64,000 nt of DNA, from NCBI GenBank assembly GCA_964642155.1, contig CAZXNT010000002.1:1801-65800 (forward strand), read 5' to 3'. Position numbers and translations under genes: made by a program. Positions 19,126 through 29,775 of this stretch are shown one piece after another. The notes beneath the pieces were generated by a model, which saw only the letters and a list, made by a program, of their open reading frames with translations, searched no databases and was not told where the DNA came from. Each line of letters opens with the position of its first letter. Position 1 is the stretch's first letter. This DNA is from an uncultured Candidatus Saccharibacteria bacterium. GTDB taxonomy: Bacteria; Patescibacteriota; Minisyncoccia; UBA6257; UBA9933.

Positions 19126-19917
19126 ATGAAAAAGATAATGTTGCCGGTTGTAATATCGTACGATTCAGAGAAAGTTTATTTGCTGAATCAAAATGTGATA
19201 AAGATAACCAATGATCGCGAATTACTAAATATTCACCGCTTCAGAGAATGTATTAAAAATCAAAAGATTTTTTTAACGGATTTTGGTCATTTCAAGGTTC
19301 AAGTTCCCAATATAGAATCGTTTAGTTATCCAAAGTTGGAAATGGAATTTCTTCGCGGTTATAATTTTGAAATTCTGTTAAAAAAATCGGATAGACATAG
19401 TCGAAGTAGGTTACTTAGGATTGTTGCATCGCTTTTCGCGTGGTTTTATAACAATTTGGTGATATGGCACGATTTTGCTCCAAGGAATGTTATTATTAAT
19501 TTTGAAAAAGAAATAATAAACTTTGTTGATTTTGAAAGAGGCTTCGTAATTATGAATGGTAAAATAGAGAAGGCGGAATATTACCATTATTTAAGCAATA
19601 TAATTGCGGAAGAATGGGGTGCCTTTTTAACGATTGATGAGTTTAATTATTTATTGCCAAACTTCTGGGATGGCGTAAATGAAATCGACGACAAGCCCGA
19701 CGCCCTAACATCAAAAAGAAAATCCGCCATATTTAAAGTTTTATACCCTGGACAATCTATTACAACCAAAAAGACAGTTTTGATTTCTAGGGCTATGCAG
19801 AAAGTGGCGCAAGCTGAAAATCGCAATGGTTTTTTGAATTTTCCTTTAATTATAATTGAGCGAATGACTAAAAAATTAGGAGTTGATTGGTATGCTCAAA
19901 TTATAGTGGGGAAATAA
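19126..19917 (+). CDS. Protein-kinase-like fold protein (Kdo/WaaP- or aminoglycoside-phosphotransferase-like)
   Basis: HDFAPRNVII...VDFERG matches the catalytic-loop and DFG-like motifs of lipopolysaccharide-kinase/APH families. GGAGGTGG ribosome-binding site before ATG 19126. The in-frame ATG at 19087 is an alternative start. Confidence 0.5.
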   Translation: MKKIMLPVVISYDSEKVYLLNQNVIKITNDRELLNIHRFRECIKNQKIFLTDFGHFKVQVPNIESFSYPKLEMEFLRGYNFEILLKKSDRHSRSRLLRIVASLFAWFYNNLVIWHDFAPRNVIINFEKEIINFVDFERGFVIMNGKIEKAEYYHYLSNIIAEEWGAFLTIDEFNYLLPNFWDGVNEIDDKPDALTSKRKSAIFKVLYPGQSITTKKTVLISRAMQKVAQAENRNGFLNFPLIIIERMTKKLGVDWYAQIIVGK

Positions 19918-19920
19918 AAA

Positions 19921-19958
19921 GGCGTTGATTAAAGAAGATTTAATTAACGCCTTTTATT
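19921..19958. terminator. Bidirectional terminator hairpin between convergent genes
   Basis: ggcgttgattaaa gaag atttaattaacgcc followed by ttttatt. Confidence 0.6.
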
Positions 19959-20413
19959 ATTGATAAGGGATATTTTGGTTGAGTTAATTGAACTAAAAAA
20001 TAGTCGTCAATGATCATAGCAACGCGCTTGTCCATAATTTCACTTTCATTCAAAAGTTTAAATTCTTTATAATTAAACCATTTATATTCAATAATTTCTT
20101 CATTTTCTTCTGATGATTTTGATAAAAATGGCTCGCTATTTTCTTTTGGCTGGCAAATAAAATTTACTTGCAATAAAAAATCATCGTTTTTATTTCTTTC
20201 AAAAATACTTAAAATATTCTCAATAATAATATCTAAATTTACTTCCTCTTTTACTTCTCTTATAGCAGACGCTATTAATCCCTTATCTTTTCCCGGGTTA
20301 AATGTTCCTTTTACAACGTTCCAAAAATAGCCGTTTTTCTTCTTTGACCATTCTTTAATCAATAAAATTTTATCACCGTTTTTTATTAAGCTTGTTGTTT
20401 TGATTATTATCAT
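19940..20413 (-). CDS. NUDIX hydrolase
   Basis: Nudix box ...ASAIREVKEEVNL (REUxEExGU). Paralog of 24251-24769. Confidence 0.7.
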   Translation of the reverse strand: MIIIKTTSLIKNGDKILLIKEWSKKKNGYFWNVVKGTFNPGKDKGLIASAIREVKEEVNLDIIIENILSIFERNKNDDFLLQVNFICQPKENSEPFLSKSSEENEEIIEYKWFNYKEFKLLNESEIMDKRVAMIIDDYFLVQLTQPKYPLSIIKGVN

Positions 20414-20462
20414 ATTTTGTAACCGAAATAATTATATAAATTAATAAGTTTTTTGTCGAGTT

Positions 20463-20756
20463 TTATTTTATTTCTTCTTTCAAATCAACAAGATAGACAA
20501 AATAAACATTGTGAACCCCTTTTTCTTTTTTAATATATGCCCAGCCGTAAATAAGTTGCGGGTCGGAACCAAGCGCAAAACCGAGTTCCTCATCTAGTTC
20601 TCACTTCAAAGCCTCTAAAATTGTTTCTCCAAATTCAATATGCCCGCCAGGAATATCTCTGACTCCTTTCGCGGTTTTATAATACAAAACTTTATCACCG
20701 CAACGAAAAACGACCTTAACGCTCGGCTTGGAAATTTGTAATACTGAGTCAGACAT
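20463..20756 (-). pseudogene. NUDIX (MutT-like) hydrolase pseudogene with an in-frame TGA at the conserved Nudix-box arginine
   Basis: Minus-strand translation gives ...GGHIEFGETILEALK*ELDEELGF... The stop (plus coordinates 20601-20603) replaces the R of REUxEE, and the frame continues to a TAA at 20463-20465. Confidence 0.65.
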
Positions 20757-20778
20757 ATTTTTTATCGTAAATTAGTTT

Positions 20779-23463
20779 TTAATTTTCTAACGCCCACAAT
20801 AATATAAATTTCCCCTTATTTGCAAACACACTTCTAGCTGAAAATTTTTTTATCAAAAACTCTAAATATTCTTGATCTGAGACAATTTTTTTAATCTCAA
20901 TACCACGAAGAAACTCCTCTATTTTTCTTGATTGTTTTTTCGGCCCACTCATTAAGTTTTTTCCTTGCACAAAATAATTAAATAATATTTCTTTTATTTT
21001 TTCTTCTAAAAAAAATTCATCAATTCCGGCAACTCTATACAAATAATATTCTCGTAATAAAAAAACAAAATTGTTAATAAATTGTTTTGTAAAATCTTGC
21101 GCCGAATACTCAACGCAATTGCTGTTCTTAAAAAACTTTGTTTTTTTAATATTCACATGTTCACGGTCATTAAAAAACTGAACAAATAAATTATATTTTG
21201 AAAGTTTTTGCAAACTACGCTGATTCAATACGAGCGGCAAACGACTAATTAAGCCAAATAAGTTTATTTTTTTATCTAAGCCGTAATTACAATCACTATT
21301 TTTGGTTTTTAAAAACTCCCCTATTTCTTCTGTTTTAAAATTCCATTTTTTAAAAATTTTCTTCTTTGTTTTTAAATAATTAAATACTTCGGAAATTATC
21401 AAATAACTTTTTGATTCAAGAAAATCAATTGCTAATTCAGGAGTAAGTTTGCCGTCCCTGATTTCTTTGAGTACGCGGAATGATCCATTTTTATAAATAT
21501 CGCTCCAAAAAGCTTTGTCTGTAATTCGGCCAGCGATTTTATCATTCTCCCATACAAGGCTAATCGGTATGAACCATGCATTCTGTGGCCTTCGTATATC
21601 CCAATTAATATATAATTTATTTCCATTAACATAAACAATACCATGCTTCATTAGACCAGTAAGGATTATCTCTACTTTTTTTGAGACCTCTTTGGAAATT
21701 CTCAATACAATGGAGCCTTTTGAACCAAAACCACCAATACCTCCAAGTAAAGATTCAATTTTTCTGACAAATATTCTGTAATCATCAAATCGATGTCGGT
21801 CTTTTTTCAAATTATCAATTTCATCTAAAAACCTTTTACCAAGAATATTTGTTTTTAAAATATTATCAGTCAAAACTTTTAATTCTTCCTCATTGATTTC
21901 ATTTAAAATAATTTTTAATTTTATTCTGGACATATATTTTTCCAGATTTTCATAATCAGTTTGTGTCTTAAAACTAAATATACCTTCACCATCTTTAACA
22001 ACATAATGATACCCGACATTTATTTCTGCATTCTCTGCGATTGTTGGTATTTGGTGAGGTAAGTTTACAGAAAAGTTATTCTTTTTTAATAATTGTTTAA
22101 TTTCATACAATAAATTTGATTTCTGTTTTTGGTGTAGTGATGGTGCCCATATCATCATAAAATCAATATCCGAAACGGCTCTTTTGAGCGCTGTCCCATA
22201 AAAGAAAGAGGAATTTTTAGCAAAAATATTTATATCGTATTTCTTTTCGCTAAGGCTTTTTGAAAGAATTTTTATTAAATCTCTGGTAAAACCAAAAGAA
22301 TCCACAAAAATCTTACCCTGAGCTTTTTTAATTTTATTATAATCCACCTCCCATACATAGTCTGGTAAAAATATCCCCGAAAACATTTTTTTAACAAACG
22401 CCAATCGTTCTTGGCTATTTTTTTGATCAACGGCAAGTTTTATAGCCAATTGTTTAATTTTTTGAGAATTATCATAAACACCATTTTTTTTGTTTTGACC
22501 ATGTTGCAGAGTGTCCAAGATGGTTTTTGTGGCTATCTTATTTATTGCGGAATGACTATTAAAACTTTTTAAACACTTAATAACTTTTTTTGAAAATCTT
22601 ATATCTCCATGAAAAATAAAATGATTAGGAAATCGCGTATTAAACAATGGACAATCTCCGTGATATTTAGAATTAAACAAAGCAAAAACAATTTTCCCGG
22701 ACTGTACTGCATAGTGCGCCAATCCCGAATCGGCACCAAAATAATACGAACAATTATCGATGGCATTACATGCGTCTTTAAAAGTTAATGTTTTTGAGAT
22801 TGTTAACTTGTCTTTAAAACGTTCGATTATCTTTTCCCCTATTTCGTTTTGCTGTACGTCATCGCCGACTTGTTTAATCAAAAACAAGGAATAGCCACTT
22901 TTTTCTGCGTAAAAAAGAGTCTTTATAATTTCTTTAATATTAAAATGGAGTCTTTTTTTAAAATTTTCTCCAACATTAAAATTAATTATTATATTCTTGT
23001 TTTTAACTTCTTGGGTAGAAAATTGCCTTTTTGCAATCGGCAATTTCAAAAAACTCAACATTGTTTCAATTCTTTGCTCTTCGTGTAAACTTTCAAAAGT
23101 CTCCAAAAGATATTCTCGATGGTTTTTCCAATATTTTATAATTTCTCTCGTTCTACTAATTCTTTGTATCTCCAAAACATGTTTATGCTTATTCAAAACA
23201 TTTTCTATCGCAGTAATATTTTTAAAATCTTTGCGCGTAAATATTACAGCGAATGATTCGTGTTCGAATGTTTTATTTCTAAAATTTTTAATGATTGGGT
23301 AAAAATTATTTTTACGCCAAAAAGAAATTAAGTAACCAATTGTCATAAATGACAAAATAATTGGTTGTTTAAATAACCAATCGCCGTATTTCCCAACCAT
23401 ATCGTAAAAAATAACATTATTCCCAAACTTTTTATTCAACAAATCAATTCTTACTGGAGTCAT
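20779..23463 (-). CDS. Large multidomain protein (894 aa) with an N-terminal glycosyltransferase family 9 (heptosyltransferase-like) domain
   Basis: GADSGLAHYAVQSGKIVFALFNSK..GDCP matches the GT9 GNDSGxMHLAAA..P.V.LFG motif. A possible nucleotidyltransferase-like G..x..SDIDF lies mid-protein. No C-terminal homology recognised. Confidence 0.55.
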   Translation of the reverse strand: MTPVRIDLLNKKFGNNVIFYDMVGKYGDWLFKQPIILSFMTIGYLISFWRKNNFYPIIKNFRNKTFEHESFAVIFTRKDFKNITAIENVLNKHKHVLEIQRISRTREIIKYWKNHREYLLETFESLHEEQRIETMLSFLKLPIAKRQFSTQEVKNKNIIINFNVGENFKKRLHFNIKEIIKTLFYAEKSGYSLFLIKQVGDDVQQNEIGEKIIERFKDKLTISKTLTFKDACNAIDNCSYYFGADSGLAHYAVQSGKIVFALFNSKYHGDCPLFNTRFPNHFIFHGDIRFSKKVIKCLKSFNSHSAINKIATKTILDTLQHGQNKKNGVYDNSQKIKQLAIKLAVDQKNSQERLAFVKKMFSGIFLPDYVWEVDYNKIKKAQGKIFVDSFGFTRDLIKILSKSLSEKKYDINIFAKNSSFFYGTALKRAVSDIDFMMIWAPSLHQKQKSNLLYEIKQLLKKNNFSVNLPHQIPTIAENAEINVGYHYVVKDGEGIFSFKTQTDYENLEKYMSRIKLKIILNEINEEELKVLTDNILKTNILGKRFLDEIDNLKKDRHRFDDYRIFVRKIESLLGGIGGFGSKGSIVLRISKEVSKKVEIILTGLMKHGIVYVNGNKLYINWDIRRPQNAWFIPISLVWENDKIAGRITDKAFWSDIYKNGSFRVLKEIRDGKLTPELAIDFLESKSYLIISEVFNYLKTKKKIFKKWNFKTEEIGEFLKTKNSDCNYGLDKKINLFGLISRLPLVLNQRSLQKLSKYNLFVQFFNDREHVNIKKTKFFKNSNCVEYSAQDFTKQFINNFVFLLREYYLYRVAGIDEFFLEEKIKEILFNYFVQGKNLMSGPKKQSRKIEEFLRGIEIKKIVSDQEYLEFLIKKFSARSVFANKGKFILLWALEN

Positions 23464-24178
23464 ATGTTTGTATTACAATATAATGTTCTAAAATACGTTT
23501 ATATATTTTATTTTTTTTAGCCCCAATCACCCTTGATAATATATTTCTAGCCTCAGCAAGAGTGGAAAATTGAATTACTATTTTGCAATGTTTTATATTA
23601 AACCCATGATCTGCAAACCACTTATTATTATTTTTCATTTTTTCTACATTTAATTTTGGGAACAATGATGTTAAATTATCTTTTTTACAAGGACTCACCC
23701 TTACAATAATACCATCTTTTTTAAGAACTCTTTTAATTTCCACCAAGGAACATTGTTTGCACATCGTTACCCATGTCGCAATTATCAAATCTGCATAATT
23801 ATTTTTGCATGGAATTTTTTCACCAGAACCACGCGCATATCTAACGTTGGAAATTTTCAGTTTCTTTGTTGTTTCTCTGGCAAATTTCAATTGTTGTTCA
23901 GCGGGTTCAACACCAAGTACTTTTTTACAATATCTCGATAAAATATTTACATACTTGCCCGTACCACAACCCACATCCAACATTACTGTTTTTTGAGGAT
24001 TGCAAAGCTTTTTTAAATAATTTACAACTACATTCTTATAATCCTCCGCCTGGCAAAAATGATTGTAAAATTGAGGACTGACATTATATGATTTTACGAA
24101 TTTAGTCGTATCTCCGACACTTAATCCATGCGTGCATTCTTTTTGAAACACTGCTTTTTGTAAATTTTGTCGTTTCAT
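23444..24178 (-). CDS. Class I SAM-dependent methyltransferase
   Basis: Motif I VMLDVGCGTGKY and motif II-like LGVEPAEQ. Confidence 0.8.
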   Translation of the reverse strand: MKRQNLQKAVFQKECTHGLSVGDTTKFVKSYNVSPQFYNHFCQAEDYKNVVVNYLKKLCNPQKTVMLDVGCGTGKYVNILSRYCKKVLGVEPAEQQLKFARETTKKLKISNVRYARGSGEKIPCKNNYADLIIATWVTMCKQCSLVEIKRVLKKDGIIVRVSPCKKDNLTSLFPKLNVEKMKNNNKWFADHGFNIKHCKIVIQFSTLAEARNILSRVIGAKKNKIYKRILEHYIVIQTYDSSKN

Positions 24179-24250
24179 GGTAATATTTATAAATAAACTG
24201 AATACATAACTAATAATTTAAAGTCCTTCATCGCGACACACTTAAATAAT

Positions 24251-24769
24251 ATGACTAAAACAATTATGGATTGCAATGCTATTTTGAAAATTGGAGTTTT
24301 AATAGAAGACAAGGGAAAACTTTTACTTATCAAAGAACAGGGCTGGCAAGATGGACGGTATAAATGGAACATTATTAAGGGAACTTACGATCCATTAAAA
24401 GATGAAGATTTAACCGATACAGCAACAAGAGAATCTTTTGAAGAAGCAAAAGCAAAAATACAAATCAAATCCCTGTTAAACATCTTGTATTTAAAGAAAA
24501 ACAACCAGCCGTTTATTCAGTTTAATTTCGTCGCAAAACTTAAATCAATTAAAAAAACACAGAAAAAATCTACGGAATTACTCACCCACGATGATGGCCG
24601 CAAAGAAAACATCGTTGAGGTAAAGTTTTTCAACAAAGACGAACTAAAACAGCTTAAACTAAATGAACTTATGGGAGAAAGAACACATGTGGCTATAAAG
24701 GATTGGCTTTCCCATAAACCAACGAAACAAACAAAAACACAAATTCTTAAAATAGTTAAAAATTATTAA
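24251..24769 (+). CDS. NUDIX hydrolase
   Basis: TRESFEEAKAKI Nudix-box remnant. Clear paralogy with 19940-20413 (LLIKE...W.KW N..KGT..P.KD). Confidence 0.6.
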   Translation: MTKTIMDCNAILKIGVLIEDKGKLLLIKEQGWQDGRYKWNIIKGTYDPLKDEDLTDTATRESFEEAKAKIQIKSLLNILYLKKNNQPFIQFNFVAKLKSIKKTQKKSTELLTHDDGRKENIVEVKFFNKDELKQLKLNELMGERTHVAIKDWLSHKPTKQTKTQILKIVKNY

Positions 24770-24780
24770 AAAATAACAAA

Positions 24781-24815
24781 AAAGGAAAGCTCGAAACTAG
24801 CTTTCCTTTTTATTT
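24781..24815. terminator. Bidirectional terminator hairpin
   Basis: aaaggaaagct cgaaact agctttccttt followed by ttatttttaa. Confidence 0.65.
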
Positions 24816-25405
24816 TTAACTATATCCTCAATAATTCTGAGGATTTTGAAGCAAGTTTCATCTAGTCTGTCATTATTAGAAATAATTTTTGAGGGAATAT
24901 TTAAAACTTTTGAATACATCTCTGCTGTTTCAATTGCGCGTCTCTGTTCCTTAATCACAAAATCAATACTTGTAATATGGCGATCTCTGCGGATACGCAA
25001 ATCTAAATTTTTGCGCGCTAAAACATTCTCTGGTCTGGCAACTAGTGTTATTATTAAAACAACATGGCTGCCATCATCAGTTCTAAATGGACGAATTATC
25101 TCGCTGTCGTCGCAGTGGCTACATGAACATAAGTGAATATCATATAACCTTATTGTATTCATGTCCTCAAGGTCAGCCTGATAAATCCGCTCAGTTGTTC
25201 CCGCATGAAAAGCGCTTCTGGTTTTCTCGGGTAATAACCTGTATTCTTCCACTGTTTTAACTCCACCCAGCTCACAAAGTGTTTCTTTTACTTTAGCCTG
25301 TTCTATTTTCAAAACACTTTGGATGCTAAGTTCTCCCGTCTTTTCTATAACAGTAGACTTTCCAACACCCGAAACACCGTTTACAAACACAATCATTGCA
25401 ATCAC
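24797..25405 (-). CDS. P-loop NTPase, nucleoside/nucleotide-kinase-like (AAA_33-type)
   Basis: Walker A GVSGVGKST at the N-terminus. GAAGGAGGTG ribosome-binding site before the ATG. Confidence 0.55.
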   Translation of the reverse strand: MIAMIVFVNGVSGVGKSTVIEKTGELSIQSVLKIEQAKVKETLCELGGVKTVEEYRLLPEKTRSAFHAGTTERIYQADLEDMNTIRLYDIHLCSCSHCDDSEIIRPFRTDDGSHVVLIITLVARPENVLARKNLDLRIRRDRHITSIDFVIKEQRRAIETAEMYSKVLNIPSKIISNNDRLDETCFKILRIIEDIVKNKKES

Positions 25406-25692
25406 CTCCTTCTTTTTAAAATGTTAAAGGACTTCATCCTTTATTTCTATACTACCCATTAAATCATTAAGAAGTCAATGGCTAGTGGCAATACCACATA
25501 CACAGAAATTGAATTTTAAAGCCGAACACTTGGCGATATAAAATATCGTCATATGAAAAACAAAAAAAACCGGGAGCAATGGGCTAAATTAAATTTTGGC
25601 ACTTAATCCGCGGAATCGTTCAGCAAAAAACCATATAACGATCTTTTAAAATTGTCTGAAAAGTGCAATATGTGTGTAGATTACCTTTCGCC

Positions 25693-25720
25693 ATTGACTT
25701 TTTTAGTGAAATAGATATAA
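25693..25720 (+). promoter_or_regulatory. Sigma70-type promoter (TTGACT, 16 nt spacer, TATAAT); second copy of the promoter/leader cassette
   Basis: ttgact tttttagtgaaataga tataat. The downstream leader gaaacaattagtaaattaacaaaagttcg..cggactaaatgatagaaaatc matches the 19042-19100 leader. Confidence 0.6.
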
Positions 25721-25805
25721 TTGAAACAATTAGTAAATTAACAAAAGTTCGCCATTGGCGGACTAAATGATAGAAAATCAATTTTTTGAAAGGAGGTGAA
25801 AATCA

Positions 25806-26231
25806 ATGAGAAAGAAAATGTTGTTGCTCGGAATCTTGCTTCTGCTTTTCTCCGGTTACGGCTGTTCAGTAGTAATGGCTGTAAAACAACCGGAAGAAAA
25901 GAATCTTGATGTTCTCTCAGTGGGGAATCATCAGGATGTTGTTAGGGCCGAACTTGGCGCTCCCACATCAACAGGATTGATGGGAATTAACGGAGAGAAA
26001 TTCGAATACGACGTATTCGGATTCTCGGAAGGCAATTCCAGAGGGTGGGGAGTCGGCAGGGCGTTGCTATATGGAGTCCTAGATGTTTTTACTTTTGGAC
26101 TCTGGGAAATAGTAGGCACCCCCATAGAAGGGGGTATATCTGGCGGAGAAAAAAGAAATATTAGAGTTGTCTACTCTAAAGAAAAAACAGTTATGAGAGT
26201 AGACGACTTAAGGCCGCCGTTAAGGCAGTAA
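25806..26231 (+). CDS. Putative lipoprotein (signal peptide plus Cys); compositionally GC-rich relative to its surroundings
   Basis: MRKKMLLLGILLLLFSGYGC signal/lipobox-like. AGGAGGTG ribosome-binding site. Noticeably higher GC than neighbouring genes. Confidence 0.55.
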   Translation: MRKKMLLLGILLLLFSGYGCSVVMAVKQPEEKNLDVLSVGNHQDVVRAELGAPTSTGLMGINGEKFEYDVFGFSEGNSRGWGVGRALLYGVLDVFTFGLWEIVGTPIEGGISGGEKRNIRVVYSKEKTVMRVDDLRPPLRQ

Positions 26232-26245
26232 GCGCGGAGTGTTAC

Positions 26246-26279
26246 GGCAGGGTTTCAATTTCAACCCTGCCTTTTTTAT
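26246..26279 (+). terminator. Rho-independent terminator
   Basis: ggcagggtt tcaatttc aaccctgcc followed by ttttttatt. Confidence 0.8.
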
Positions 26280-26344
26280 TATTCAAAAAAGTTATCCACA
26301 TATCAACTCTTGCGTTTATTTTTTGATTTGTTAAAATTTGAAAT

Positions 26345-28171
<1,827 letters not shown>

Positions 28172-28175
28172 AAAT

Positions 28176-28211
28176 ATTACATTTCAACTGCTATCGCAGT
28201 TGAAATGTAAT
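28176..28211. repeat. 36-nt perfect palindrome (attacatttcaactgc tatc gcagttgaaatgtaat), copy A, 5 nt after the stop of the phase-variable gene
   Basis: A 16-bp perfect stem. The identical 35-nt sequence recurs inside fpg at 40270-40304. Confidence 0.9.
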
Positions 28212-28372
28212 AGTAAATTATCCCCTCCAAACTATCCCAAACGATACGGGGCTTTTTATTTTTTTAAAAATGGATTAAGATAAAGGAATTGGTATAAATT
28301 TTGGAGCCATAGGCGAACAAAATTTATTTACCAAACCTTTACCCTGTTAAATAATTTTAAATTTTCTATAAT

Positions 28373-28642
28373 ATGTTTTATTATGTATATGTTTTAAAAT
28401 CATTGAAAGATAATAAATTTTATACGGGTTATACGGAAAATTTAAAATTAAGATTTGAGGAACATCAAAAAGGATATGTATTATCAACAAAAGATAGAAG
28501 ACCGTTTAAATTGGTTTATTATGAATCTTGTTTAGATAAGAAAGATGCTATACACAGAGAGAAATATTTAAAAACATATTTAGGTAAAATGTTTATTAAA
28601 AATCGCCTCAAATCTTATTTAACAGGGTGCTCAATGTTGTAG
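28373..28642 (+). CDS. GIY-YIG nuclease family protein (small, UvrC-N-terminal-like)
   Basis: YVYVLKS...FYTGYTENLKLRFEEH (GIY...YIG...R..H/E). Confidence 0.75.
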   Translation: MFYYVYVLKSLKDNKFYTGYTENLKLRFEEHQKGYVLSTKDRRPFKLVYYESCLDKKDAIHREKYLKTYLGKMFIKNRLKSYLTGCSML

Positions 28643-28700
28643 ATAAATTTATTTCGCTCAACATTGGGTTTCGCTTATAAATTTATACAACATTGGCATG
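28626..28700 (+). repeat. 75-nt duplicated leader element, copy 1 (it includes the last codons of the GIY-YIG gene and the ATG of the PfkB gene)
   Basis: ggtgctcaatgttgtagNNaaatttatttcgctcNNcattgNgtNtNgctNataaatttNaNaacaacattggcATG; about 85% identical to 39894-39968. Confidence 0.85.
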
Positions 28701-29768
28701 TACGATATCATCACAATCGGTACGGCGACGCGGGATGTTTTTTTAACCAGCCCGCTTTTTAAAGTTTTACGCGATAAAAGCCATTTGAAAAAAATCGGGT
28801 TTGCCACCGGTGAAGCGCAATGTTTCGCTTTGGGCGGGAAAATAGAAATCGGCGAGCCGGTGCTTGCCACGGGCGGTGGTGCCACCAATTCCGCGGTAAC
28901 ATTCAGCCGCCAGGGATTAAAAACCGCAACATTGATAAAAATCGGCGAAGACCAGGTCGGCAAGGATATTTTAGAAGAATTAAAAAAAGAGAAAATAGAT
29001 GTTTTAAAACTACAAAATACAAACTATAAACTACAAACTAATAACGGCACTGCTTATTCAACTATTCTTTTGGCGCCCGGCGGCGAAAGAACAATTTTGG
29101 TTTATCGCGGCGCTTCGGAAGATTTAACTTTTAAAGAAATTCCTCTTAGTGAATTAAAATCCAAATGGGTTTATGTTTCGCCGGGCAAAATGCCGCTTGA
29201 AACAATCAATAAAATTTTCAATCATTTCTATAAAAACAAAACTTTTATCGCTTTTAATCCCTCAAAGTATTTTATTGAGATGGGATTAAAAAAATTAAAA
29301 CCGCTCTTAAAAAAAACTAAAGTGTTTATTCTTAATCGCGAGGAAGCGTCTTATTTGACGGGAGTTGATTATCATAAAGAAAAAGAAATTTTCAAAAAAC
29401 TTGATGAGGTGGTTGACGGCATTGCCGTGATGACCGACGGGCCGAATGGCATTTTGGTCTCAGATTGCTGCAATATTTATAAAGCTGGAATTTTTTCCGC
29501 CAGAGGCAGGGGAAAAAAAGCGATTGATCGCACCGGCGCCGGCGACGCTTTTGGCAGCGGATTCGTGGCGGGCTTGATTCAGACGCGGGAAAAATGCAAA
29601 AAAGGATTATGCGGAATTGACAATGTTGAATACGCCATTCGTTTGGGTTCAGCCAACGCCACTTCGGTAATTGAAAAAATCGGCGCGAAAAAAGGAATTA
29701 TTACTAAATTAGAATTTCAGAAGTCAAAACGATGGAAAAATCTGTTAATAAATATTATAAAAACATAA
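28698..29768 (+). CDS. PfkB-family carbohydrate/ribokinase-like kinase
   Basis: Second PfkB signature DRTGAGDAFGSGFVAG. The N-terminal GG motif is ALGGKIEIGEPVLATGGGATN. Confidence 0.8.
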   Translation: MYDIITIGTATRDVFLTSPLFKVLRDKSHLKKIGFATGEAQCFALGGKIEIGEPVLATGGGATNSAVTFSRQGLKTATLIKIGEDQVGKDILEELKKEKIDVLKLQNTNYKLQTNNGTAYSTILLAPGGERTILVYRGASEDLTFKEIPLSELKSKWVYVSPGKMPLETINKIFNHFYKNKTFIAFNPSKYFIEMGLKKLKPLLKKTKVFILNREEASYLTGVDYHKEKEIFKKLDEVVDGIAVMTDGPNGILVSDCCNIYKAGIFSARGRGKKAIDRTGAGDAFGSGFVAGLIQTREKCKKGLCGIDNVEYAIRLGSANATSVIEKIGAKKGIITKLEFQKSKRWKNLLINIIKT

Positions 29769-29775
29769 ATTATTT

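Noticed and set aside
20601-20603. Possibility that TGA is a sense codon (Gracilibacteria/SR1 code 25), making the NUDIX ORF intact
   Set aside because: TGA is used as a genuine stop elsewhere in the window, including the ATGA stop/start overlaps at 31047-31050, 42580-42583, 51308-51311 and 52291-52294, and the stop inside the terminator at 9085-9087. The recoded residue would replace an invariant catalytic Arg. Code 11 with a nonsense mutation fits better.
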